Assembly (NCBI GenBank): GCA_003224725.1 | Contig: QHZQ01000014.1 | Location: 26,830-90,829 of the forward strand | From: Acidobacteriota bacterium | GTDB lineage: Bacteria > Acidobacteriota > Terriglobia > Versatilivoradales > Versatilivoraceae | DNA length: 64,000 bases | Direction: 5' to 3' | Shown here: piece after piece, positions 9,840-19,796 of the stretch | Layout of the letters: every line of letters starts with the position of its first letter | Position numbering within the stretch: the first letter of the stretch is position 1 | Made by a program: the position numbers and the translations under genes | The notes under the pieces: model-generated | Databases searched by the model: none | Told to the model about the DNA's origin: nothing | The model's input: the letters and a program-made list of their open reading frames with translations, nothing else

Positions 9840-10565
9840 TTATTCCAGGCGAAAACTTTCGCCCAAGTAAAGTTTTTTCACTTCATCGTCTGAGGCGAGC
9901 TCTTTTGGGGTACCCGTTGTGAAAATCCTTCCTTCATTAATGATGTAAGCCCGGTCTGTAACCTTCAAAGTTTCCCGGACGTTATGGTCTGTAATCAAGA
10001 TTCCGATTTGTTTGGATTTAAGATGATTAATAATCCTCTGGATATCGAAAACCGCAATTGGATCAATTCCAGCAAATGGCTCATCCAATAAAATGAAAGA
10101 AGGAGAGATGACAAGAGACCGAGCAATTTCAACCCTGCGTCTTTCCCCTCCTGAAAGCATATAGCCCTGATTTTTTCGCACATGGCTCAGTCCCAGTTCC
10201 TCCACTAATTCATCCAACCTCTCTCTCCTTCTTTTTCCGTTAAGAGGCAACGTTTCCAGGATCGCCATGACATTTTCTTCAACCGTCAATTTGCGAAAGA
10301 CTGATGGCTCCTGGGGGAGATAACTGATTCCACTTCTCGCCCTGAGGAACATTGGCAGATCGGTAATCTCCCTGCCATCCAAGAAAACTTGGCCTCCATC
10401 AGGAGAAGTCAACCCAACAATAATATAAAAGGTGGTGGTTTTGCCAGCCCCGTTCGGCCCCAGCAATCCTACGACTTCACCTTGCTGGATCCCTAGATTG
10501 ATGTCGTTAACGACCCGACGTCCTTTGAAGGATTTGACCAGGTTGACCGTTTTCAAGATCTGCAT
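9840..10565 (-). CDS. lptB: LPS export ABC transporter ATP-binding protein
   Basis: [12 protein letters not shown] Walker [14 protein letters not shown] signature, 241 aa, directly upstream of rpoN. Confidence 0.9.
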   Translation of the reverse strand: MQILKTVNLVKSFKGRRVVNDINLGIQQGEVVGLLGPNGAGKTTTFYIIVGLTSPDGGQVFLDGREITDLPMFLRARSGISYLPQEPSVFRKLTVEENVMAILETLPLNGKRRRERLDELVEELGLSHVRKNQGYMLSGGERRRVEIARSLVISPSFILLDEPFAGIDPIAVFDIQRIINHLKSKQIGILITDHNVRETLKVTDRAYIINEGRIFTTGTPKELASDDEVKKLYLGESFRLE

Positions 10566-10571
10566 TTTTGC

Positions 10572-12857
10572 TTATCTTGCCACGCGCTGCCTAGTGATGG
10601 GTCGGGTCTCAGAATTTCCTTCGACCGAGATGCTACCATCATTCAAACCTAAAGTCAACCGAGCCCCAACCGTGGAACCCCGCTCAGGGTCTACGACTCT
10701 AGGCGGTCCACCAACCAAAACGATCTTCTCTTCGCTTCGAAAATATTCGGCTGACTCTGAACATGAAGTTCGGCCGGGCTGATAAATTTTAACTCCCCCT
10801 TTCGCCAGAATACGCTCAATTGAGGTCTGATTTTCTTCGGACTCTAGAAATACTTCCAACTGCCTTGAGTTCAGGACCCCCATCCAGCTGTTTAACTGAA
10901 CATTCCTTTCATAAAGCACCCTTTGTAATCGGTCTTCGTATACCATTCTTTCGGCCTGAATGGTAACAGGTTTACGCTCCATTTTTTTCGCAGATGTCTT
11001 TTGATCTTCGATATAAAAAAAGCTCCGCACATTTTTCTCAGCGACCAACTTTTTCTCGGAACGATACAAATAGATAGTTTCCGCACTGATTACTTGGTCT
11101 TCCTGCCACAATTTGGCTTTCTTCCAGTACTTAGCGATACCACTGCTTGTCTGGGCTTCCATAAAATCCGATGAGGCGAAGACTGGGGAGCCAGGCTGGA
11201 ACATTCCTGCGTGCGTCTGCTGGTCTCGATTATAAAAAACCGAACGCACAGTACCTCGAGCCTTAAAAAGATTCTGCAATTGATCAAACTCAATGATATC
11301 TGCGGTCGTCTTCGAATTAACGTCTCTGGTCTGTGGACTGCCGTGAAGCGCTACAAGCTTGTTTTGAGCAAAATACTGGCCTTCGTGCGCCGTAGCTTGG
11401 CGCCCCTCTTCCTGATAAGTGAAATTCCCAAATTGGTGCAATTGGCTAATCTGGCGGTTTTGCTGATCAAAGAGAGCTATCAAGTGATCACTCGTGGTTT
11501 TCTTAACAGGACCCGTTGGAGGGATCACCTCAACGTGTACTTGTTTGTTAGCTGTGAATTTTTCAAGATTGTTGGAGCCTTTTTCGAAGAACAATGTCAT
11601 CTCCAGTGCTGAAAGAACCTTTCTATCATCTTTGGGGTAGACAGGTAGTTCCTCCACGGAGCTGGGGCCCTTCGCTTCTATTCGAGAAACCTTTCTTTCC
11701 TCGGGTTCAAAAGAGACCAGCATCAGTGGTGACTTAACGATCTTGTCTCCGGGTTCGACATCTCGGTTGGGGCCCCGAAGGGGTCCTGTCTTCGCGGGTT
11801 TCTTATCAGCCAATATTGCGACGACATTTCCAGAAGCCACGAGTTTATCCACCAAGTTGCTATTACGCCTTAGAGAAAGCTCCACTCGATTCGCCGAAAT
11901 ATCTCGTTTTAGCTCAGGGTCTAGCGATCGGGACTGCACGTTACCTTGAGCGATCACCTTACTCAGCCAGCGTCCCGTCTTGCCGAAAAAATAAGAGACG
12001 CTCTCAGCATCAACCTGCAACATAAATTTTGGATCGCGCGAAACAGAATGAACGTCCTTCCTAGCATCGATTCGAGTGAGGGTAGAATCAACATCACTAA
12101 GGAACGCCTCAATCACATTCGCTCGTATCTGGTTGCAAGACTTCTCCACCAGGACGTTTGAGCGCATCTCGATCCGGTTCGAAGCTTTAAAATACGTTAA
12201 GCTGTCCGATTTGAGGTGAATCTCTGAATCCTCGGGGCCTGCCGGATCTACAAAAATCTCTACTTGAGAATGGAGATAAATTGAGCCCAGTTTGGAGTCG
12301 TAGGTGAGTCCGCAGCTTTTTCCATGAATGCGCCCCCTTGCAAAGTCCACTTCGTCTTCTGTTTCGGCAATTCCAGTTTTTTGTGCATACTTAATCCTTC
12401 TGACCTTAACCACTGTTAGTAGAGCATTGGGGATGGTCCTTCCGCTAGGGGTTGCCGTTTTACTTATCGGACCGAAAGTAATGACTACATTATCCAAGAA
12501 AACAATTTCTTCTCTGGCTTGATCATATTCACACTGATTGCTTGTGATAGTATCGTAACGGTCTCCATCCTTTCCGAAAACCTTCACAGTCACGGATTCC
12601 AGAAGATTCATATTGTCTTTAAAGCCTAGCCTGGACTTAGCATGGAATACGAACGTGGTTCTTCCATGCTCCGATTGAGAAAAAGAAAAACCCTGAGTGG
12701 CATCTGAGACATTCTCAGGCAGAAGCTTTGTTTCCGGTTTCGCCGGATATCTAAAGAAGTTTGAACGCTTGTAATAATTTAAGATGACTGCGCTGACTAC
12801 AGTGATCAAAATGATCATCGGTAAGGTGCGGCCAAATTTTATGTGCCTTGTTTCCAA
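10572..12857 (-). CDS. OstA/LptA-like periplasmic LPS-transport protein, apparently LptC-LptA fused (761 aa)
   Basis: Single N-terminal TM anchor followed by long beta-rich OstA-like sequence. Sits where lptC and lptA usually sit (upstream of lptB). Confidence 0.5.
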   Translation of the reverse strand: METRHIKFGRTLPMIILITVVSAVILNYYKRSNFFRYPAKPETKLLPENVSDATQGFSFSQSEHGRTTFVFHAKSRLGFKDNMNLLESVTVKVFGKDGDRYDTITSNQCEYDQAREEIVFLDNVVITFGPISKTATPSGRTIPNALLTVVKVRRIKYAQKTGIAETEDEVDFARGRIHGKSCGLTYDSKLGSIYLHSQVEIFVDPAGPEDSEIHLKSDSLTYFKASNRIEMRSNVLVEKSCNQIRANVIEAFLSDVDSTLTRIDARKDVHSVSRDPKFMLQVDAESVSYFFGKTGRWLSKVIAQGNVQSRSLDPELKRDISANRVELSLRRNSNLVDKLVASGNVVAILADKKPAKTGPLRGPNRDVEPGDKIVKSPLMLVSFEPEERKVSRIEAKGPSSVEELPVYPKDDRKVLSALEMTLFFEKGSNNLEKFTANKQVHVEVIPPTGPVKKTTSDHLIALFDQQNRQISQLHQFGNFTYQEEGRQATAHEGQYFAQNKLVALHGSPQTRDVNSKTTADIIEFDQLQNLFKARGTVRSVFYNRDQQTHAGMFQPGSPVFASSDFMEAQTSSGIAKYWKKAKLWQEDQVISAETIYLYRSEKKLVAEKNVRSFFYIEDQKTSAKKMERKPVTIQAERMVYEDRLQRVLYERNVQLNSWMGVLNSRQLEVFLESEENQTSIERILAKGGVKIYQPGRTSCSESAEYFRSEEKIVLVGGPPRVVDPERGSTVGARLTLGLNDGSISVEGNSETRPITRQRVAR

Positions 12858-12869
12858 AGAGTTTTACAG

Positions 12870-14591
12870 CTAGAGGATCTCTAGATCCTTGACGATGAGC
12901 TGAAGGAATTTCATGTTTTGAAAGGAATTTTGGGAGAGTGTAAAGGCCAGGGAAATTGCTTTCGATTCTTGAATAGGCTGATAGTATTGAGCCATATTCC
13001 AACCAATGGCATCCAGTGCCTTCCCATCCTGCTCCACCCGGAATTTTACATGTTTTCCCTTTAAGAGCCGGGGTTCTGCGATTACCGAGAGTTCTCTGGC
13101 AGCAAAGACGGGTTCCGGGTTTGCTGGGCCGAAAGGAGACAATCTTTCCAGTTGTTGATAAGCTTCGTCATCAACATCGGACAGTCTAATCTCGGTATCT
13201 ATTTCCAATGCGGGTCTCAAATCCTCAGCTTTAATTACCTTCTCAGCAAAAATGTTAAGCCGCCTTCGCAGCTCAGCCATGTGTTTCACAGGTAATTGAA
13301 ATCCTGCCGCCTGAGCATGGCCGCCAAAGCGATCGAAAAGATCCCGGCAACTTTCCAAAGCATTCAGTAAGTGGAATCCCTTAATACTGCGAGCTGAACC
13401 GTAGCCAATCCCATCGTCTTTTGATATAACCAGCGCAGGCCGGTTGAATTTCTCAGTCAATTTTGTCGCAGCAATTCCAATAACTCCGCGATGCCAGCCT
13501 TCTCCATCTATCATTATCACCCATTGCTGACTCAGGGCGGGGTTAGAATCAAATCGATTCTCGATATCCTTTAGAATCTGGCCTTCTATTTGTTGTCTCT
13601 CTCGGTTGAGTCGATCCATCTCGCCGGCAAGTACTCTGGTCTTTTGCTCGTCGGTGGAAGCAAACAATTCAACAGCCTGCTCACCACCTCCCATTCTTCC
13701 TACGGCATTGATCCGTGGAGCCAGCCGAAATCCGACATCGGAACTCGTAATCAGTCTGCCTTCCAAGCCGGAGACCTCTATTAAAGATTTCAATCCGAAG
13801 TTAACGGGAATTTGTAACCCCTCCAGGCCGAACTTTGCGAATATCCTGTTTTCCCCAGTTAATGGAACGATGTCAGCAATGGTTCCAATGGCGACAATCT
13901 TGAGAAAGGGAGCAAGATATTTTTCTTTGTTCGCAGTTTTGAAGAGGGCCTGCACCAACTTAAAGGCGACACCCACGCCGCAGAGATTCTTGTCTGGGTA
14001 TTGGCAGTCAGGCCGTTTGGGATTGAGAACAGCTAAGGCCTTAGGGAGACCTTTTTCAGGAAGATGGTGGTCAGTGATGATACAGTCAAGTCCTAACCAG
14101 GAAGCACGCTCTACTACATCAAACGCCTTAATGCCTGTATCGACACTGATAACCAGCTTGACTCCCTCGGTCGCTGCCTGCTCAATTACATCAGCTTTCA
14201 TCCCATAACCATCCACAAGGCGTCTCGGAATATAATATGAAGTTCTAGCGCCGAGCATTTCAAGTGCCTTGCGCAAAATGACCACCGCTGTTGTACCATC
14301 GACATCGTAGTCACCATAAATCAAGATCTTTTCTCGGAAGTGTATGGCTGCTAATATTCGGTTAACAGCAGCTTCAAGATCGGACATCAAAAAAGGATCC
14401 TCCAAATATTCAAGGCGGGGATTAAGGAACCTTCTGGCGGCCACAACATCAGTCATTCCCCGATTAACCAATAGGATTGCCAAAATCCCAGAAATGTTTA
14501 GAGCGCGAGCCAAGTTCCTAACCAGATTGACATCCGGTTCAGCAATCTTCCATAACATGTTGGCAAGACCACCAATCTTCACAGCATTCAT
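12870..14591 (-). CDS. recJ: single-stranded-DNA-specific exonuclease RecJ
   Basis: DHH motifs ILIYGDYDVDGTTAV and ITDHHLP, DHHA1 domain, 573 aa. Confidence 0.9.
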   Translation of the reverse strand: MNAVKIGGLANMLWKIAEPDVNLVRNLARALNISGILAILLVNRGMTDVVAARRFLNPRLEYLEDPFLMSDLEAAVNRILAAIHFREKILIYGDYDVDGTTAVVILRKALEMLGARTSYYIPRRLVDGYGMKADVIEQAATEGVKLVISVDTGIKAFDVVERASWLGLDCIITDHHLPEKGLPKALAVLNPKRPDCQYPDKNLCGVGVAFKLVQALFKTANKEKYLAPFLKIVAIGTIADIVPLTGENRIFAKFGLEGLQIPVNFGLKSLIEVSGLEGRLITSSDVGFRLAPRINAVGRMGGGEQAVELFASTDEQKTRVLAGEMDRLNRERQQIEGQILKDIENRFDSNPALSQQWVIMIDGEGWHRGVIGIAATKLTEKFNRPALVISKDDGIGYGSARSIKGFHLLNALESCRDLFDRFGGHAQAAGFQLPVKHMAELRRRLNIFAEKVIKAEDLRPALEIDTEIRLSDVDDEAYQQLERLSPFGPANPEPVFAARELSVIAEPRLLKGKHVKFRVEQDGKALDAIGWNMAQYYQPIQESKAISLAFTLSQNSFQNMKFLQLIVKDLEIL

Positions 14592-14651
14592 TATTCATCT
14601 GGAAGCAACAATTATTCAATATCAAACCGACCCTACAGCCCGGTAAAATCG

Positions 14652-14873
14652 CTAGTCGGCTTTTGGCTTGGGCTTAAACTTTCCAAGCAAGTCAAGAAAT
14701 CCCCAAAACAAGAGGCAGATCCAAAGATCTGTGAAAATACCCCAATCGAGGTGAAACGGTCTGTGCCTCAAAGGATAAGGTAGAAATTCTTGGACGGAAA
14801 AATAAATGGCATTCCCACCGACGACCGAGACAAATGTCTTTCCCAAAGCGGCCCAATAGGAATTAGTAAACAT
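14652..14873 (-). CDS. hypothetical small membrane protein (73 aa)
   Basis: ORF with one or two hydrophobic helices upstream of recJ; no recognisable family. Confidence 0.3.
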   Translation of the reverse strand: MFTNSYWAALGKTFVSVVGGNAIYFSVQEFLPYPLRHRPFHLDWGIFTDLWICLLFWGFLDLLGKFKPKPKAD

Positions 14874-15129
14874 TTTACTCTTAATAAGTAGCTTTTCTTG
14901 GTAGCAGAAACCGATTCCTAGGTTGTCTTAAGCTAATTTTGGGTTAAGACCGATACACTTAATGGAAAGTGCTCGAGCTGGATTATACTACAGATCTTAT
15001 CGGCCTGGTAAGTACTTGGCATTGAAGGTCTTCCAGATCACGAACTCGGCATCCGAATAAGAATTCCTGACTAGAGACAAATTAGAAATTTCCTATACTT
15101 CGAAACTCAATTACATTATTATTTTTGGG

Positions 15130-16167
15130 ATGATAACTCAGGATCAAATTAAAGAACTGGAAAAAAAAGTCGAGGAGTTATCGATATTTCATCAAGTTGG
15201 AAAAGCTCTGACTTCGACCTTGGATTTGCAGGAGGTCTTGACGCTGATAATGGGCAAGATCAGCGAATTGCTAAAGCCAAGCACGTGGTCATTGCTGCTG
15301 ATTGATGAGAAAAAACAAGAACTTCACTTCCAAATTGCCATTGGAAAGAATTCGACCCAGATCAAAGACGTAAGGATTAGGATCGGAAAGGGCTTGGTGG
15401 GTTGGGTGGCACAGACGGGTGAAGTTGCCATTATCAACGACGTTTCTGAAGATCCCCGCTTTTTACCAGAAATAGATGGCATTATCCATCCGCATATCAA
15501 ATCTATTGTTTGTGTGCCCTTGAAAAGCAAAGAGCGAACCTTAGGTGTCATTGAATTGATCAATTGCTTTGAAGGAACATTTCCCAACGAAGATCTCTCA
15601 ATGCTCACGTCTCTGGCCGATTACGCCGCCATCGCCATCGAGAATGCGATGTATGTAAAACGGATTCAAGAGCTCACTATCACCGATGATTGTACCAATC
15701 TTTACAATTCAAGGTACTTCAATTATATGATTGACGCGGAGCTGAGCCGGTCAAAGCGTTATAGCTACAACTTTGCCTTGATTTTTTTCGATTTGGATCG
15801 ATTCAAGTTGGTCAATGATACTCATGGCCACCTCTGTGGCAGCCGGTTGTTGCGAGAGATTGGAGATCTTATTAAGCAACATCTCAGAGATATCGACACA
15901 GCGTATCGTTACGGTGGGGACGAATTTATTCTTCTGCTTCCACAAACTTCCAAAGAAAACGCTCTGCTCGTGGCTAAGCGACTTTGTAGCCTTTTGAATC
16001 AGACCTCTATCAATTTAGAGGACCATGTGACTGTTAAGATCACGGCGAGCTTTGGTGTGGCTGCCTTCCCTGTGGATGCTGCCACCAAAGTGGAGCTTGT
16101 CCGATTGGCAGATCAAGCGATGTATCGCGTAAAAAATCGAACTCGAAATGATGTAGGGGCTACCTAA
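15130..16167 (+). CDS. GAF-domain diguanylate cyclase (GGDEF)
   Basis: N-terminal GAF-like region; C-terminal RYGGDEFILLLP GGDEF active site; 345 aa. Confidence 0.85.
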   Translation: MITQDQIKELEKKVEELSIFHQVGKALTSTLDLQEVLTLIMGKISELLKPSTWSLLLIDEKKQELHFQIAIGKNSTQIKDVRIRIGKGLVGWVAQTGEVAIINDVSEDPRFLPEIDGIIHPHIKSIVCVPLKSKERTLGVIELINCFEGTFPNEDLSMLTSLADYAAIAIENAMYVKRIQELTITDDCTNLYNSRYFNYMIDAELSRSKRYSYNFALIFFDLDRFKLVNDTHGHLCGSRLLREIGDLIKQHLRDIDTAYRYGGDEFILLLPQTSKENALLVAKRLCSLLNQTSINLEDHVTVKITASFGVAAFPVDAATKVELVRLADQAMYRVKNRTRNDVGAT

Positions 16168-16250
16168 TTTTCCCTCACGTCGAATACCTGTCTAAAGTTG
16201 CAGTTTCAGGAAGCTGTGTTTGAGAGTCTGACTGAAACAAGCATAGGATC

Positions 16251-17162
16251 ATGCCTGAGTTTCACTTCCACCCCACCTCGTCGCAATGTTCCGGCAGCAG
16301 TCAACACTCCGCTTTAAAAATCGCTTTGGGTCTCACAAGCCTCTTTACCGTTGTTGAGTTCCTGGGTGGATGGTTTACGAACAGCTTGGCTTTAATGGCG
16401 GATGCAGGTCACATGCTGACTGATGTTGCGGCATTGGGACTGAGTATCTTTGCTTTGTGGTTCTCTTCACGTCCGGCTACTGCGGCAAAAACCTATGGAT
16501 TTTTCAGAGTGGAAATTTTGGCGGCGTTGGCAAACGGCACGACTCTAGTAATCATTTCTCTGATCATTTTCTACGAGTCCTACTATCGAATGAAGAACCC
16601 ACCGGAAATCAAAAGTGGAATTATGCTGTTCATTGCAGCTTTAGGACTGGTTATCAACTTAGCCTGCGCGTATTTCTTGCATAAATCACAACAGTCAAGC
16701 TTGAACGTGAAGGGAGCGCTTCTCCACGTGGCTGCTGACGCTATTAGCTCTGTAGGCGCCATTCTTGCAGGGGTTTTTATGTTATTTAAGAAGTGGTATC
16801 TCGCAGATCCTTTGACCAGCTTTCTAGTCGCTGGGCTGATTCTTTATAGCTCTTGGCGTTTGGTCAAAGATTCTGTGGATATCCTCTTGGAGGGCACACC
16901 CACCCACATCGATCTGGATTTGGTAAGGAATGAGCTTTGCAAAGTAGAAGGCGTGAAATCTATTCATGACCTTCACGTCTGGACTTTGACATCAGGAATG
17001 CATGCCATGAGTTGCCATGCGGTTCTTTCTGGAAACGAAGACAGACACAAGATTCTCGAAGAACTCAGTCTAATCGTCCGACGTCAATTTAAGATTGACC
17101 ACACAACGATACAACTGGAAGAGATTAGTCTACAACACCAGGAAATGAACTCTTGTCACTAG
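16251..17162 (+). CDS. cation diffusion facilitator family transporter (CzcD-like)
   Basis: Six TM helices, HMLTDVAALGLS.. and HVAADAISSVG motifs, C-terminal cytoplasmic domain with His residues. Confidence 0.85.
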   Translation: MPEFHFHPTSSQCSGSSQHSALKIALGLTSLFTVVEFLGGWFTNSLALMADAGHMLTDVAALGLSIFALWFSSRPATAAKTYGFFRVEILAALANGTTLVIISLIIFYESYYRMKNPPEIKSGIMLFIAALGLVINLACAYFLHKSQQSSLNVKGALLHVAADAISSVGAILAGVFMLFKKWYLADPLTSFLVAGLILYSSWRLVKDSVDILLEGTPTHIDLDLVRNELCKVEGVKSIHDLHVWTLTSGMHAMSCHAVLSGNEDRHKILEELSLIVRRQFKIDHTTIQLEEISLQHQEMNSCH

Positions 17163-17392
17163 GGTACTCCCCCGGTCTGCTTGACCTGGACGGCTTTATT
17201 TAATCTAGGGTGTCTCCAATGATTTTCCTGAGGAGACACCTATCTGCTACCTGAAAGGATTTGATATCCCCTTATCCAGTGGTGTGGTTTGACAAGTCTC
17301 CTGAGCGGTTCTAAAATAAATGTTTGACGGTTTGTTCGTCTAAAGCCTATAATAATGGGTTTCAGGCTTTGCCGATAAGCTCCCCACATTTA

Positions 17393-19783
17393 ATGACTTC
17401 TGTCAACAATGGGTTTCTAGAATATCAAGACCTCAAGCAAATCCTAACTAAGTTTGCAGATTCACCCTTGGGCGCCCAACTTATCGAACAATTGGCCCCT
17501 TTCTCGAGTAAAATCGAGATTCAAAGACAATTTGATTTGACAGAAGAGTGCCTCAAGTTTCTCAAATCGGGTCACGGGCTCCTTTTTAACGAGCTAGGTG
17601 ATTTTTCTTTACTGTTCGAAAAGCTTGGGATAGAAGGGGTCGCAATTAATCCCAGAGAGATTTTGGAGATTTTAGGGCTTTTGCTCTGTTCGCAAACAGT
17701 TAAGCAGAAGCTTCAAGCTTACGCCAAAGATTTATCCAAGTTAGTTGAGATGGGCCAAACTTTGCCCGATTTTGGAGGACTATCTTCCGGACTTATGGGT
17801 AAGATTAGCCGGTCTGGGGAAGTTGAAGATCACGCAAGTGCACCACTGAAGAAAATTCGCAATGAAATCGGCGTTATCAGAAATCGGCTCTATCATCTGC
17901 TGGAACAGATTTTAAAAAGGTATATGGGGTCCGGGGTCATCCAGGATGATGTAATTACAATTCGGAATGAAAGATTTGTCATCCCAGTCCGGGCAGACAA
18001 TCGTAAAGAGCTGGCTGGTGTGGTTCATGGCATTAGCTCAAGTGGCCAAACGATTTTCTTGGAACCTTTGGAGGCCCTAGAACTTAATAATCAATTGGTT
18101 CAACTCAAAGAGCTAGCCGAACTGGAGGTTCGGAATATTCTCTTGGCGTTGACAAACGAGATAAGGGAGAGACTCTCTGACCTTCAAACTGCCGTTCGAT
18201 TATTGGCTAGTCTGGATTTTACTTTTGCCAAGGCCAAGTTCTCCCAAAAGTACAAATGTGTCATTCCTCATGTCAATGAAGGTGGAGTGCTGACAATAGT
18301 TGAAGGGCGGCATCCTATCTTGGAAAGATCACTTCAGTCTCAAGGTTTGGAGATCGTTCCCATATCAATAGACTTAGATGGCACCCGACATATTTTAGTT
18401 ATCAGTGGCCCAAACACCGGAGGCAAGACCGTTGCTCTTAAAACTGTTGGCTTGTTGACCTTGATGGGACTATCAGGAATTCCTGTCCCCGCAGTCGCAG
18501 CCGACATATGTATTCTTCATCAGGTTTTCGCAGATATAGGTGACCATCAGTCCATTTTAGAGAACTTAAGCACCTTTTCTTCACATCTCCTAAATATCAA
18601 AGAAATACTAGAAAGGGTTTCGGCCCCGGCGTTGGTGTTGCTAGATGAATTGGGATCAGGAACAGACCCAGTTGAAGGGTCTGCGTTGGGAGTTGCGATA
18701 GTCGAATCCCTCCGTGAAAAAGGAATAATAGCCGTCGTCACGACGCATCACAATGGTCTGAAAATGTATGCAGCCAAAACCCCTAGGGTTAGTAATGCCA
18801 GTGTCGAGTTCGACGAAACTATTCTGCGACCAACTTTTCGGCTTATCCATGGAATCCCAGGGAACAGCAGTGGGATTGAAATAGCGCGACGTCTCGGCCT
18901 AGAAGCATCCTTAATCCTGCATGCCCAGCAATTAGTGTCAAAAGAGGAGCAAGAAATAGCCGAGTACTCGCAGCAGCTTAGAGTTCAGATTGAGAAGACT
19001 GCAAAAATCCGCGAAGAATTAGAACGTGAACAGAGAAACCTCGAGCAGGACCGAAGGCATTTGGAAAAGAAACATAAGGAGATCGAGGAGAAGCAAAAAA
19101 AGGATCTCGAACATACCTGGCGACAGACATATGAAGAGTTTGAGAAAGAATCGCGCCAACTAATTTCAGAGATCCAGGATAAATACTTAGCTGTTCGGGC
19201 TCGAAGAGAAATTGATCGAAAAGCAGTTAAACTTAAAGAGAAAGTGAGCCAGCAGTGGGTTTCTCATTCAAAAAGCTCCAGTGATGGCCCCTCCGAAGCT
19301 TTGACGACGAGTTCATTGCTTGCACCAGGAACGAAGGTAGTCGTTAAGAAATTCAGACAAGAAGGAACTGTCGTTAATACTCTCAAAGACGGGCGATTGG
19401 AGATCGCAGTTGGGAGTTTGAGGTGTGTGGTCAACCCCTTCGAAATAGAACCGCGGCAGTCAATGAAGTTTTTGCCGGAGGAGGAGGGACTTCGGTTGCC
19501 GGCTCGGGTTACACTTCAAATCAACAGTCCCGAGCCTCAAACCAATGAGATCAACCTCATCGGTTGTACGGTGGACGAGGCTATTAGCAGAGCCGATAAA
19601 TTCCTGGACATGGCATATCTGGCTTCCATTTTGCAGGTGCGTTTGATACATGGATCAGGCATGGGGATTCTGCGGAAGGCTATTTCAGAATGGCTCTGGT
19701 CCCAGCCTCACGTCGGAACGTTTCGTGCTGCCACAGCTAATGAGGGAGGAAATGGAGTTACAATCGTATCGCTAAAAGTCTAA
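17393..19783 (+). CDS. mutS2: endonuclease MutS2 (MutS domain plus C-terminal Smr)
   Basis: Walker A GPNTGGKT, C-terminal Smr LIHGSGMGILRKAISEWL. Start placed at MTSVNNGF (17393); the ORF is open from 17324. Confidence 0.85.
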   Translation: MTSVNNGFLEYQDLKQILTKFADSPLGAQLIEQLAPFSSKIEIQRQFDLTEECLKFLKSGHGLLFNELGDFSLLFEKLGIEGVAINPREILEILGLLLCSQTVKQKLQAYAKDLSKLVEMGQTLPDFGGLSSGLMGKISRSGEVEDHASAPLKKIRNEIGVIRNRLYHLLEQILKRYMGSGVIQDDVITIRNERFVIPVRADNRKELAGVVHGISSSGQTIFLEPLEALELNNQLVQLKELAELEVRNILLALTNEIRERLSDLQTAVRLLASLDFTFAKAKFSQKYKCVIPHVNEGGVLTIVEGRHPILERSLQSQGLEIVPISIDLDGTRHILVISGPNTGGKTVALKTVGLLTLMGLSGIPVPAVAADICILHQVFADIGDHQSILENLSTFSSHLLNIKEILERVSAPALVLLDELGSGTDPVEGSALGVAIVESLREKGIIAVVTTHHNGLKMYAAKTPRVSNASVEFDETILRPTFRLIHGIPGNSSGIEIARRLGLEASLILHAQQLVSKEEQEIAEYSQQLRVQIEKTAKIREELEREQRNLEQDRRHLEKKHKEIEEKQKKDLEHTWRQTYEEFEKESRQLISEIQDKYLAVRARREIDRKAVKLKEKVSQQWVSHSKSSSDGPSEALTTSSLLAPGTKVVVKKFRQEGTVVNTLKDGRLEIAVGSLRCVVNPFEIEPRQSMKFLPEEEGLRLPARVTLQINSPEPQTNEINLIGCTVDEAISRADKFLDMAYLASILQVRLIHGSGMGILRKAISEWLWSQPHVGTFRAATANEGGNGVTIVSLKV

Positions 19784-19796
19784 TCGAGCTTGAAGT

